Assembly: GCA_021776735.1 (NCBI GenBank)
Contig: JAJFFH010000041.1
Coordinates: 61,553-125,552 of the forward strand
Length of the DNA stretch: 64,000 bases
Origin: Planctomycetota bacterium
GTDB lineage: Bacteria; Planctomycetota; PLA2
Direction of reading: 5' to 3'
Positions 46,015 through 56,030 of the stretch are shown here, piece by piece. Positions within the stretch are counted from its first letter, which is position 1. Each line of letters starts with the position of its first letter. A model generated the notes under the pieces. It was given only the letters and a program-made list of their open reading frames with translations, had not been told where the DNA came from and ran no database searches. A program made the position numbers and the translations under genes.

Positions 46015-48522
46015 CTACTCCACAGAAACTTGGTAGTAGGTCAAGATTCCGTCCTCGGGGGAATTGTGCAGCGTGTCCAGCACCTGAACGCGACCGTTCG
46101 GACCGAGCCCCTCGATACGAATCGGAAAGTCGAGGCGGACGGGGCGGTTCGGGTCGGGTTCGAACCGGATCGTGACCGTGTTGCTGCCCACGCCCTCCAC
46201 CAGCACGTCGCCGGCGTTTTCCGGCAGACCCAGGGACGCAATCGTCACTCCCTCGGCAACGTCCAGCCGCAAGAGTCCGCCCCGAGTCGGGTCCAGCCTG
46301 CTCAGATGCAGGGTTCCAGCCGCAATCGACACGTCCGGATCGACAACCTCGATCTCGACCGTGCGGTTCGGGAGTCCCGCCGCGTGCAAGACCGCCTGGG
46401 TAAGTCCGGGCGCCGCGGCGCGGACCAGGAAGTGCCCGACCGTCGCGTCCCGATCGATGCTCTTGGTCGCATCCCCCTGCAGATCGATAAGGCCGGTATT
46501 GCCGATCTCGACCGACACCGCACGGTCGGAGACCCGATCGCGCGCAAACCTGAATCCGATCGGAACGACCGCGCCTACCGGAACCCGAATCCGCCGCACG
46601 GCAAGCCATTGGTCGTTAACCGCCCTGACTGTGATCCGCAGGGTCTGCCCGGCTCCGCGCAGCGTAAGTTCGGCCGTGCCCTCGACATCGTTGAGTTGCA
46701 GGGGCACCACCACTTGCGACTCGCCGGCGGGAATCGAGACCGACTCCGGAGGGAACACGAGGAGCCCGAACGGGTCGTTGGTTTCGACAACGAACTCCGA
46801 GGCCGCCGTCGAGATGCCGGAAAAGGCGAACCTTCCGACACGCAGGTCCGGCACGGGATCGCCCCGCACCACTTCGACAAAATCGCCACGCCCCGGAGCC
46901 TGCGAGCCACCGGCGAACGCGGCCCAGACGGCGGGCTTCGTCGCTCCGGCCACATCGTCGGCCGAGGTCTCGACGGGAAGATCGACCGGTCCCCCGGCTT
47001 CCCCGACCGGTGTGAGGATCACCTGGGCCGATCCTGCCTGCACCGCGTGAAAGTGCAATGCGGCAAGCGTGGTTCCCGAACGCACCACAAGCTGTTGCCG
47101 TCCGCCGAAGTTCAGGCGTCCGGCGGGCTCGCAGCTCACCTGAAAAGTCAAGGCGCGTGCGAGCGGCGCGGCGAGGGCGAGACGCACGCGACCGGCCAGC
47201 GAACCGATGTCGCTCTGAACGCCCCACGGCCTCACGATCGACGCGGCGACACTGGTCGAGTGGACGCCGTCACCCGGTAGTTGCCAGGTAGTCCGAGACC
47301 GCGCGCGACGATCGTCACGATTGGGACGCGGTCGCTCCGGTTCAGGAGCCGGTTCGACCGTGTCTGGCGACCCGTCGCCACTTGCGCCTTCGCTGGGACC
47401 ATGGCCCCCACCGGTCTCCGGTCCGCCGGGATCGTCGCCACCGGAGTCCGGCGCCGGAGGATTCGGACCGCCGCCGGGGGTCGTCGGCCCTCCGGGCGTA
47501 CCGGGATCGGACGGGGGCGGGGGAGGCGCCTCCGGGTCGGGCTTGGATATTGCCCTCGCCCACACTTGGAGTTCGTTGCGGACCGTGAACTCCTTGAGAG
47601 AGACCGTCACGGTGCTACCGTTCGTGGCGGTTCGGGCCACGAGCGTCACGTTGCCGGTCGAAGACACCAGGAAGGACTCCGCAAGTGTGGTCTTCCCCGT
47701 AACGACCTTCGTGACGACCAGTGGCTTCGTCTGCCCGGAATCGCCATCCGATCTCGCGTAGCGTCGACTGATACCGACGGAGTGCGCCTCCGACTTGGAG
47801 GTAGTACTCGTCGAGTTTCCTCCACTCTCGACACCGTCGGATCCGACCTTGGAGCGGTTGCCTGACGACTTCGAGGTGGTCTCGGTCTGCGTCGTGCTGT
47901 CCTCGGACGTCGCCTGCTCCGCAACAACAGCGTTCAGGGAGAACACGTGTTCGACGTCGTGGATATCACGGGCGAGCCCCCGAAGCTTGACTCGCCCCTC
48001 GGCGATCGCGCTTCCGGAAATGTCCCAATCCCACAAAAACTGGATCGTGTTCTTGGCCTTGATCTCGCCCCACTCGCCCTTGGCCCGGGAGACTCGGCCC
48101 TCCTTCTCGAGCATTCCCCACGCCTGGGAAGAGACGCTTGTCGCGTCGGCGGAGTCAGTGTCGGTCACCTGCCCCTCTGCGCGAAGGGTTGCCCCATGGA
48201 CCTTCCAGTGGATGTAGTCCGTTGCGGCCCACTTTTTCTTGTCGTCGGCCTTCCCCCCTTGGCGGAGATCGTAGTGCTCCGCTCCGTCGAAGACCTCGCC
48301 CTTGTCCGGGTCGTGCTCGGTCTCATCGTTGATGAAACCGCTGCCGGGCTCGCCGATGTTCGCCGGATGCGACGGTGCGGCGTACGCGCTCGACGTAACT
48401 TCGCCCGTCGGACCGGCGCACGCGGGCAACACGCCCGGGCCCGCCACGAGGAACACCGCCATCACCGCGGTGAGCCATCGTTGTCGCCGTTGCCGGCGCT
48501 CTCGCTTTCGAATGGTTCTCAC
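46015..48522 (-). CDS. hypothetical large secreted lipoprotein with Pro/Gly-rich linker
   Basis: The signal is MRTIRKRERRQRRQRWLTAVMAVFLVAGPGVLPACAG (lipobox). The N-terminal domain is Lys/Asp/Glu/Ser-rich, the central linker is PPPPPSDPGTPGGPTTPGGGPNPPAPDSGGDDPGGPETGGG, and the C-terminal domains are beta-rich. Confidence 0.6.
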   Translation of the reverse strand: MRTIRKRERRQRRQRWLTAVMAVFLVAGPGVLPACAGPTGEVTSSAYAAPSHPANIGEPGSGFINDETEHDPDKGEVFDGAEHYDLRQGGKADDKKKWAATDYIHWKVHGATLRAEGQVTDTDSADATSVSSQAWGMLEKEGRVSRAKGEWGEIKAKNTIQFLWDWDISGSAIAEGRVKLRGLARDIHDVEHVFSLNAVVAEQATSEDSTTQTETTSKSSGNRSKVGSDGVESGGNSTSTTSKSEAHSVGISRRYARSDGDSGQTKPLVVTKVVTGKTTLAESFLVSSTGNVTLVARTATNGSTVTVSLKEFTVRNELQVWARAISKPDPEAPPPPPSDPGTPGGPTTPGGGPNPPAPDSGGDDPGGPETGGGHGPSEGASGDGSPDTVEPAPEPERPRPNRDDRRARSRTTWQLPGDGVHSTSVAASIVRPWGVQSDIGSLAGRVRLALAAPLARALTFQVSCEPAGRLNFGGRQQLVVRSGTTLAALHFHAVQAGSAQVILTPVGEAGGPVDLPVETSADDVAGATKPAVWAAFAGGSQAPGRGDFVEVVRGDPVPDLRVGRFAFSGISTAASEFVVETNDPFGLLVFPPESVSIPAGESQVVVPLQLNDVEGTAELTLRGAGQTLRITVRAVNDQWLAVRRIRVPVGAVVPIGFRFARDRVSDRAVSVEIGNTGLIDLQGDATKSIDRDATVGHFLVRAAAPGLTQAVLHAAGLPNRTVEIEVVDPDVSIAAGTLHLSRLDPTRGGLLRLDVAEGVTIASLGLPENAGDVLVEGVGSNTVTIRFEPDPNRPVRLDFPIRIEGLGPNGRVQVLDTLHNSPEDGILTYYQVSVE

Positions 48523-48609
48523 GTTCTTTTGCTCCTTTTTTTCTCGTCACCCGGCGACGACCGAGTGCTCGTTTCACTTGCTACGGGAGGACTCCGGCGG
48601 CGAGCGCCC

Positions 48610-49132
48610 CTACCCCGCGCTCGCGATGACGACGCGCACGAGCCGCTGCATGAGGTCTCCTTCGTGGAGCGCGGCGCCGCGGAGCGCCATGGCCGTTTCT
48701 CGCCCGAGCCGCTGGCGCAACGCGCCGAACAAGACCCGCGCTCGCGCGCCATCAGGCGCGTTCTTTTCCCACTGCGCAGCCGCGCCGCGCAACTCGACGG
48801 CGCAGCGCACGACTTCGCGGTACAGCGTCGCCATCTGCTCTTCCGTCAGTTGGTCCGCCGCGCCCATGCGGTCGAGATACTTTGCCAGCCGAACCACCAC
48901 CGGCCCAGCGCGGGGCGAAATCGGTTCCGAGTCGTGGGCGCGGTTCGCCGACGCCCCGACCGGGGCCGCAGCCGTCCGCAAAGCGACGGCGTCGAATCGG
49001 ACCGTCGGTACGCTGCCGACCGCCCGCCCGGTCGTGCGCATGACCGCGTTGGAGGTCTCCGACGCCGTCATGGCAACGATGAAGTTCGTGGTGAGAATCA
49101 AGAGATTCGCGATGAGCAGCGCACGCGGCATG
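48610..49132 (-). CDS. hypothetical membrane-anchored protein (first gene of the operon)
   Basis: The start is trimmed to MPRALLIANLLILTTNFIVAMTAS (signal anchor). The soluble part is helical. Confidence 0.45.
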
Positions 49133-49475
49133 GGGTTGTCCTCCGAAAAAGGCGGTCTCACCCCTAAGTCGCAAAACGGGTCGCGCATTCCGCCACGCAC
49201 GACAGTGCAAAAGCGGTGGGCGGTCTCAGTAACCTCCCGCGCTACCGCGGCTTACGCCGCTTGACGATTGGGGAGAACTGCGCGAGATTTCTTACCGAAG
49301 GTGGATGCGCGCCAATCGTTTGGCGCGAATGGAGCCGCGTTCGCGACCGACGTCCACGTAGACGTACCGCTTGCCACCGGCAGAAGACAGGACAGCGCGG
49401 ACCCAGGGACACCGCCGCATCCCGAACCCGAACACCCCCTTCCCCGCGGCCCCTCCCCAGCCCAAAAGAGCTACG

Positions 49476-50624
49476 ATGGCCATCATGCGCCTCGTGGTTG
49501 TTTGCCTGCTCGCGGCTGTTGCCCTTGCGGACCTTACTCCCGACAAGATTGCCTTGCTTCCGGGGCTGTGGCCCCGCGAGCGCCGCGCTGTCAACCGCGC
49601 GCTCAAACAAGCCGACGACCCGCACGCAACACTTCGCGGGGCAGGCATCGCGGGTGATCTGGTCACGCGCCTCGACGCGATCACCTCGGGCGCGTGCCTG
49701 AACGAGCGGTACGCGCATGCACTGGTCCGCACCATCCCCACGCTGACCGACAAGCAGCGGCGCCTCTTCGCACAACTCGTCCCCGCGACGGACGGCGCAC
49801 AGCAAGCCCTCCTCGCCCAGCGAACGCGGCTCGAGCATCTGCCGTCCAGCGAAGGCGAGGCGCTTCGCAAGCGTCTGCGCGCGCAGTTCGATCTGCAGCA
49901 CGTCCGCATCGAGAAGCGCTTTTGGCGCGTTGCGCTCTACGCCCTGACGAAGGAACAGCGCGCATGGATGCGCCCGCGCCAGCTTCAGCCCTACTCGTTC
50001 CCGCTCGACGCGCTCAACCACGTCTATCAGCTCCCGGGCCTGACGCCGAGCCAGGCCGCGCGCGTCCAGGCGCTCGTCACCGAATACGAATCGGAGTCCG
50101 CGGCCGACGCCGCCGAGAACGCCCGCCTCCAGACCGAACTGACGCGCGCGGACCCGACCAAGCGCGAGCGCCTCCAGAAAGCCGCGCAAGCCGTGACCGA
50201 CCGCCTCGCCTACCGCCTCAAAGACGTGATCGAACGCAGCGTCGCCATCTACACCGGGGCCCAGATCAAGGAAATCGACGCGATCCCGCCCATGACCTCC
50301 GCGGCCGACCGCCACCGCCATCCCGGCGACCTCCTCCACGGCCTCACGCTGACGCCGGACCAGACCAAACGCGCGCACGCGCTGGGCCGGCGCATCCAAC
50401 GGGCCCACCAAAAAGCCGGCCGCGAACTCAACACACGCCGCCGGAAACTCGCCGCCGCCGAAATGGGCTCCGACGCCCCGCAAGCGCTGACGATGCAAAT
50501 GATGCAACACAACGCCACGGCCGAGCGCGTCGCCGCCATGGAACAGGCCGGTCGCAAACTCGTCCTGGAGGTCCTCACCCCGTCCCAGGTCGCGACGTGG
50601 GTCGTCTCGCCTCACGAGAGGTAG
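49476..50624 (+). CDS. periplasmic LTXXQ-motif repeat protein (Spy/CpxP/ZraP-like)
   Basis: The start is trimmed to MAIMRLVVVCLLAAVALA (signal peptide). There are six LTxxQ motifs (LTPDK, LTDKQ, LTKEQ, LTPSQ, LTPDQ, LTPSQ) in an all-helical Arg/Ala/Gln-rich protein. Confidence 0.65.
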   Translation: MAIMRLVVVCLLAAVALADLTPDKIALLPGLWPRERRAVNRALKQADDPHATLRGAGIAGDLVTRLDAITSGACLNERYAHALVRTIPTLTDKQRRLFAQLVPATDGAQQALLAQRTRLEHLPSSEGEALRKRLRAQFDLQHVRIEKRFWRVALYALTKEQRAWMRPRQLQPYSFPLDALNHVYQLPGLTPSQAARVQALVTEYESESAADAAENARLQTELTRADPTKRERLQKAAQAVTDRLAYRLKDVIERSVAIYTGAQIKEIDAIPPMTSAADRHRHPGDLLHGLTLTPDQTKRAHALGRRIQRAHQKAGRELNTRRRKLAAAEMGSDAPQALTMQMMQHNATAERVAAMEQAGRKLVLEVLTPSQVATWVVSPHER

Positions 50625-50734
50625 ACGAAGCAGGCCAGAAGACCCTCGCAGGCGAAAGCGTACGGACGGCGATGTCTTGGAGCTGGCCGTGGTCTTTCGG
50701 CCGGCGGCGCAGGTTTGGACGACCCTCTGCAATT

Positions 50735-50932
50735 CCATACCGAGCCCGGCACAAAAGAGCGACTTTGGCCTCCCTTTTGACGTAACCTCCTGCAAGGCAA
50801 TCACTTACGCCTCCGACGGCCGCGCAGTCCCGTAACTTGTTTCCACATAACGAGTTACGTCTCCCACGCGCCTAAAACCACCCTTTTGTGCCGGGCTCGG
50901 TACTGCCGGCCAGCAGGGCTCGGTACTGCCGG
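50735..50932. repeat. MITE-like element with 17-bp perfect terminal inverted repeats
   Basis: The left arm is CGAGCCCGGCACAAAAG (50741-50757) and the right arm CTTTTGTGCCGGGCTCG (50883-50899), 125 bp apart. An inner palindrome is GTAACTTG...CGAGTTAC. A direct repeat GGCTCGGTACTGCCGG x2 follows. The left end (CCATACCGAGCCCGGCACAAAAGAGCGA) is also present as a solo copy at 4282-4309. Confidence 0.6.
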
Positions 50933-51042
50933 CTGGCAACGCACCCAATCAACAGGGAGCACCCGATGGCTCCGGGGCCGCGGCGGTCCATGGCTTCCGG
51001 AAATCCGTGAGAACTTCCCGGCGCGATTACGTCAAAGCAGAC

Positions 51043-51789
51043 ATGAGAATCGCCGTCGGTTTGCTTACGTTCGTTTCCGCCGCTGTTTCTTGTTGGGCGC
51101 CTCTCGAACTGGGCGCCGCCTTGGCGGAATCCGACCTCGTCGTCGTGGCCACGCTGGAGCGGGACAAGAAACCCAAGCCCGGCTTCGGCACGCTGCGCGT
51201 CCACAAGGTCCTCGCGGGCAAGAAGCCGAAGATCTGCACGCTGCGCTGGCTGCCGGAAAACGTCATGGCTCCCAGCGGCGTCATGCGGCACCACCACCGG
51301 GTCGGGCAGCGACTCGTCTACCTGCTGAAAGAGAACGCGGACGGTTCGTACGGAGCCGGCCACCCCACGCTCATCCAGGATCCGAAACGGCTGCCGGAGC
51401 TTCGCAAGGCCCTGATGGGCCCGCTGTATCGGCTGACGCTGGAAAAGTACTCCGTGAAGACCGGCCGGGCCGTCTGGGCCGTACTCGAGATTCGTACCGT
51501 ACAGCCGAAGCTGACTACCGACCGATGGTTGCAAACGGACGGCGATGTCTTGGAACGCGGCGGCCTGGCGCGGCTCGCATTGCTACGCCAGGGCCAAACC
51601 GAGGTCAGGGGTAAGGTGCGCCAGGCCGCGAAGCCCAGGGGAATCGTGGTCACGCCGGACAAGCCGCACCGTGTTCGCCTCGACCTGCGCCGGTACTTCG
51701 ACCTGAAACCGGACACGTCCTACCGGCTCTGGTTCGGGGAAGGGCCGCAGCGCCGCTCCCGGGTCGCCGTGTTCCGCATCGTCAAGTAG
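51043..51789 (+). CDS. hypothetical secreted protein
   Basis: The start is trimmed to MRIAVGLLTFVSAAVSCWAPLELGAALA (signal peptide). It is Lys/Arg-rich with beta-strands. Confidence 0.5.
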   Translation: MRIAVGLLTFVSAAVSCWAPLELGAALAESDLVVVATLERDKKPKPGFGTLRVHKVLAGKKPKICTLRWLPENVMAPSGVMRHHHRVGQRLVYLLKENADGSYGAGHPTLIQDPKRLPELRKALMGPLYRLTLEKYSVKTGRAVWAVLEIRTVQPKLTTDRWLQTDGDVLERGGLARLALLRQGQTEVRGKVRQAAKPRGIVVTPDKPHRVRLDLRRYFDLKPDTSYRLWFGEGPQRRSRVAVFRIVK

Positions 51790-51856
51790 GGGATCTGTCC
51801 CGGACGAGCACGGGTTACCGAGCCGTTACGGGCGGAGTGCGTTCGCGGGCGTAGTC

Positions 51857-54184
51857 TTGTTTGTGATGAGAAACATCGCCGTCCTTGGCTCCCTTCTGAT
51901 GCTCGCCCTTGTTTCGCCGCGCACGCTCGCGCAGGAGCGGCAGGACACGCTGTTCCTGCACGCGACGCAGGTCGTGGTTCCGCAGCACCGCGCGTACATC
52001 TTGCGCAGAACTTCTGTGTCGCGCCGGATCAGGCCCCCTATTCGGGTGCAGCCCGTCCGCATCGAGGGGGTTTCGGTGCACGTGAAGATTCGCGAGCGCG
52101 CGGCCACGACGACGCTCGAAATCGCGCTCGTGAATCCCGCGGCGCGCCAGGCCGAAGCGGTCTTGCTGCTGCCGGTGCCCGACGGCGCGGCCGTCTCCGC
52201 GTTTCACTTCGACGGGGTCAGCAAGGAGCCGACCGCGCGCATCCTGCCCAAGGACGAGGCGCGGCGCATCTACGACCGCATCGTGCGCAAGATGCAGGAT
52301 CCGGCGTTGCTGGAATTCGCCGGCCACGATCTTGTGCGCTCGAGCGTGTTTCCGGTGCCGGCGCACGGACGCCAGAAGGTGCGGCTCACCTACGACCACA
52401 TGCTCCCGGCGGCAAACGGACGCATCGACTACGAGCTTCCGCGCAGCGAAGCGCTGGACACGGGAGCCCCCTGGAACGTCACGGTCGACATCGTCTCGAA
52501 GGCGCCGATCGCGACGGTCTACTCGCCGAGCCACGCCGTCAAGACGTTTCGCAAGGGCGACAAGCACCTGACCGTAAAACTCGACGGCAAGGCTGATCCG
52601 GGCGCGTTTCGGCTCTCGTACATGATCCAGCGCGATGCGGTCACGGCGTCGCTGTTTGCGTATCCCGATCCCAAGATCGGCGGCGGGTACTTCCTGCTTG
52701 TCGCAGGTATGCCCCCGCGCGGCAAGACGGTCGCCGCGACCGTGAAGCGCGAGGTCACGATCGTGCTCGACCGCTCCGGCAGCATGGCCGGCGAGAAGAT
52801 GGATCAGGCCCGCGCCGCTGCGCTCCAGGTGATCGAGGGGCTGCACGACGGCGAGGCCTTCAACATCATCGACTACTCGACCACCGTCGAGATGCTCGCG
52901 CCGCGACCGTTGATCAAGACCCGCGAGACGCTGCTCAAGGCGCGCCAATACATCGCCGGCCTGCACCCGGTCGGCGGCACCAACATCCACGACGCGCTGG
53001 TCGAAGCACTGCGCCAGGAACGGGTCGACAAAACGATGCTCCCGCTCGTGCTGTTTTTGACCGACGGCCTGCCCACGATCGGCCAAACGTCGGAAAGCGC
53101 GATTCGCAAGGCAGTGGAGACCGGCAATCCGTACCGCCGTAGGGTGTTCACGTTCGGCGTCGGCGACGACGTCAACGCGCCGCTGCTCGACCGCGTCGCC
53201 GAAATGACGCGCGCCGTTCCGACCTACGTGCGCCCGAAGGAAAACGTCGAGGTCAAGGTCGGCGACGTCTTCGCGCGCCTGTACGGCCCGGTGTTCTCCG
53301 ACGGCAAGCTCACCACGGTGGACAGTGGCGGCACGGTCGTCACGGACGTGGCGCACGATCTGATCCCGGCGGTCGTGCCCGACCTGTTCGACGGCGACCA
53401 GCTCGTTGTACTCGGCAAATACCGCGGCAAGGGGCCGCTGCGCTTCCGCCTCAACGGAAGTTTTCTGGGCAAGCCGAAAGCGTTCGACATGTCGTTCTCG
53501 CTCGCCGAAGCGACAACGCGCCACGCGTTTGTCCCGCGCCTCTGGGCCAGCCGGCGCATCGCATACCTGGTCGATCAGATTCGCCAGGCGGGCGGCAACC
53601 TGCCCCGCGGCCACGTCAGCCGCGTCGGCCAATCCATCGCGAACGACCCGCGGTTCAAGGAGCTGTACGCCGAGATCCTGCGCCTGAGCGCCGAGTTCGG
53701 CGTCCTGAGCGAGTACACCGCGTTCCTGGCAACCGAAGGCACGGTGCTGCACGGCTCTCGCAGCCTGGCCTCGTTGCTGCGCGAGCAGCTCGATCGCAAG
53801 GCCGTAAAAACACGCTGGGGCCGCGCCGCCGTGAACCGCGCGCAAGACAACGACCGCGGCAAGAAGCAGGTCGCCGTCGATAAGCGCAACCGCTACACGA
53901 GCCCGGAGGGCAAAACGGTCACCATCAAGGGCTGCCAGCAATACAACGACCGCGCGTACTTCAAGCGCGGCAAGACGTGGATCGACGGCGCGATGATCGC
54001 CGGAAAGTCGGCGCCCAAGACCCTGAAGCCCGACATCACGATCCAGTTCGGTACCCCGGAGTTCACCAAGCTCCTCGGCGAACTCGTGAAAGCCAACCGC
54101 CAGGGCGTGCTCGCGCGCCGCGGCGATCTCTATCTCCGCTTCAAGAACAAGACAATCCTGGTCCGCAACGATTGGAAGGAATAA
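51857..54184 (+). CDS. VIT (vault protein inter-alpha-trypsin) plus von Willebrand factor A domain protein
   Basis: The signal peptide is MRNIAVLGSLLMLALVSPRTLA. The N-terminal region is VIT-like. The vWA domain carries the MIDAS motif TIVLDRSGSM, plus LTDG and FTFGVGDDVN. A long C-terminal domain follows. Confidence 0.8.
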   Translation: MFVMRNIAVLGSLLMLALVSPRTLAQERQDTLFLHATQVVVPQHRAYILRRTSVSRRIRPPIRVQPVRIEGVSVHVKIRERAATTTLEIALVNPAARQAEAVLLLPVPDGAAVSAFHFDGVSKEPTARILPKDEARRIYDRIVRKMQDPALLEFAGHDLVRSSVFPVPAHGRQKVRLTYDHMLPAANGRIDYELPRSEALDTGAPWNVTVDIVSKAPIATVYSPSHAVKTFRKGDKHLTVKLDGKADPGAFRLSYMIQRDAVTASLFAYPDPKIGGGYFLLVAGMPPRGKTVAATVKREVTIVLDRSGSMAGEKMDQARAAALQVIEGLHDGEAFNIIDYSTTVEMLAPRPLIKTRETLLKARQYIAGLHPVGGTNIHDALVEALRQERVDKTMLPLVLFLTDGLPTIGQTSESAIRKAVETGNPYRRRVFTFGVGDDVNAPLLDRVAEMTRAVPTYVRPKENVEVKVGDVFARLYGPVFSDGKLTTVDSGGTVVTDVAHDLIPAVVPDLFDGDQLVVLGKYRGKGPLRFRLNGSFLGKPKAFDMSFSLAEATTRHAFVPRLWASRRIAYLVDQIRQAGGNLPRGHVSRVGQSIANDPRFKELYAEILRLSAEFGVLSEYTAFLATEGTVLHGSRSLASLLREQLDRKAVKTRWGRAAVNRAQDNDRGKKQVAVDKRNRYTSPEGKTVTIKGCQQYNDRAYFKRGKTWIDGAMIAGKSAPKTLKPDITIQFGTPEFTKLLGELVKANRQGVLARRGDLYLRFKNKTILVRNDWKE

Positions 54185-54188
54185 GGAC

Positions 54189-55347
54189 AATGCTCTCCCC
54201 CTCCCGCGCCCGAACTCTCTCATTGGCCCTCCTACTGGCAATGCTCTCCCTGGCATCGGCCCAAGAGGTAACCGAAGTCAAGGACGGCGATGCCTCAAAG
54301 AAAGCGGCCGGCAAAAAAACCGTCGATCTCTGCATTTGCCTCGATACGAGCGGCTCCATGCGTGGGCTGATCGACTCGGCGCGTTCGCGCATCTGGTCGG
54401 TCGTTAATGATCTCGCGCTGGCCAAGCCGACGCCGCGGCTGCGGGTCGCGCTGATCGCGTACGGCGGCGGCAGCTACGATTCAACCAAGGGCTGGGTCCA
54501 GGTCCAGACCGGTTTCACGGAAGATCTCGACCTAGTGTCCAGCAAGCTGTTCGCGCTCAAGGCGACGGGAAGCACGGAGTACGTCGGGCGCGCGCTGCAG
54601 ACCGCGATGGCGTTCGATTGGCAAAAGGGCACCGACGCGCTCAAGCTGATCGTCGTCGCGGGCAACGAGTCCGCCGACCAGGATCCCGCGGTACCGTTTC
54701 GCGACATGTGCAAGACCGCGATCACGGGCGGCGTCATGGTCAACTCGATCTACTGCGGCGCCGCCGGACACGCGGACGCGGCCGGCTGGAAGGAGATCGC
54801 GCTGCTGTCGGACGGACACTACGCCGTCATCGAGCAGCACGGAACCGTGACGCTGCAGTCTCCGTTCGACAAGAAGATCGCCGCGCTCTCGACCGCGGTC
54901 AACTCGACGTACGTCGCCTTCGGCAAAAAGGGCAAGGAAGGGGTGGCGCGTCAGGAAGCGGCCGATAACGACGCGGGCGCGATGGGCGAAGATACCGCCG
55001 CGTTGCGTGGCAGCTCCAAGGCCAGCAAGCTCTACTACAACCGCTGGTGCCTCATCGACAGCCTGGACCGCAGACAGGTGAAGCTCGAGGAGGTCAAGGA
55101 CAAGGATCTGCCCAAGGAGATGCGGGGCATGACACTCGAGCAAAAAAAGGCGCACCTCGACAAGAAGCGCGCCGAGCGCAAGAAGATCCAGGCCGAGATC
55201 AAGGTGATCAGCGCGAAGCGTGCCGGATGGATCGCGACCGAGATGAAGAAGCGCGCGATCAAGGACAACCGATCGTTCGACGCCGCGGTGCGCAAGGCGA
55301 TCCGCGCGCAGGCCAAGCAAAAGGGCTATAAGTTCGAGCAGGAGTAG
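54189..55347 (+). CDS. secreted von Willebrand factor A domain protein
   Basis: The signal peptide is MLSPSRARTLSLALLLAMLSLASAQE. The vWA MIDAS motif is DLCICLDTSGSM, with IVVAGNE. The C-terminal region is Lys/Glu-rich coiled coil. Confidence 0.75.
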
Positions 55348-55352
55348 CCCGC

Positions 55353-56030
55353 ATGGCCCGCACAGTTCTCGTAGTCGAAGACGATGCCGCGATTCGCCGC
55401 GGCATCGTCGATACCCTCGCCGCCGGCGGGTACCGCGCGCTCGAAGCGGGTGCCGGCGACGAGGCGCTCAAGATGGCGCTGGAGCAGGATCCCGATCTGT
55501 TGGTGCTCGACATCAAGCTGCCCGCGATGGACGGCTTCACGGTGCTCGAGGAGCTGCGCAAGTCGCGCCCGTCGCTGCCCGTGATCATCGTGACCGCACT
55601 CGGCAACGAGTCGGACCGCGTGCGCGGTTTGCGCATCGGCGCGGACGACTACGTCGTAAAGCCGTTTTCCGCGCTGGAGCTTCTCGAACGCGTCAAGGCG
55701 GTCCTGCGTCGCTCCGCCGAGCGCCCGGAAACGGTCGGCACGATCGAGATCGCCGGGCGGACGATCAACCTCGAAGAACGCCTGATCACGTTTGCCGACG
55801 GACACACCTCAGACATCTCCGAGAAGGAAGCCGAGTTGCTGCAATACCTCGCGGCCTCGCGCGGCCGGACCGTGAGCCGCGACGAGTTGTTGCAGCATGT
55901 CTGGGGTCTTGATCCGAAGGGGGTCTCGACGCGCACGATCGACATGCACATCGCGCGGCTGCGCGACAAGCTCGGCGACGACGCCGGTCTGATCGCCACG
56001 GTGCGCGGCAAGGGCTACCGGCTCGCGTGA
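55353..56030 (+). CDS. OmpR-family two-component response regulator
   Basis: The receiver domain carries the phospho-acceptor Asp in VLVVEDD...LLVLDIKLPAMDGF...YVVKPF. The C-terminal winged-helix is RDELLQHVWG...TRTIDMHIARLRDKL. Confidence 0.9.
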   Translation: MARTVLVVEDDAAIRRGIVDTLAAGGYRALEAGAGDEALKMALEQDPDLLVLDIKLPAMDGFTVLEELRKSRPSLPVIIVTALGNESDRVRGLRIGADDYVVKPFSALELLERVKAVLRRSAERPETVGTIEIAGRTINLEERLITFADGHTSDISEKEAELLQYLAASRGRTVSRDELLQHVWGLDPKGVSTRTIDMHIARLRDKLGDDAGLIATVRGKGYRLA

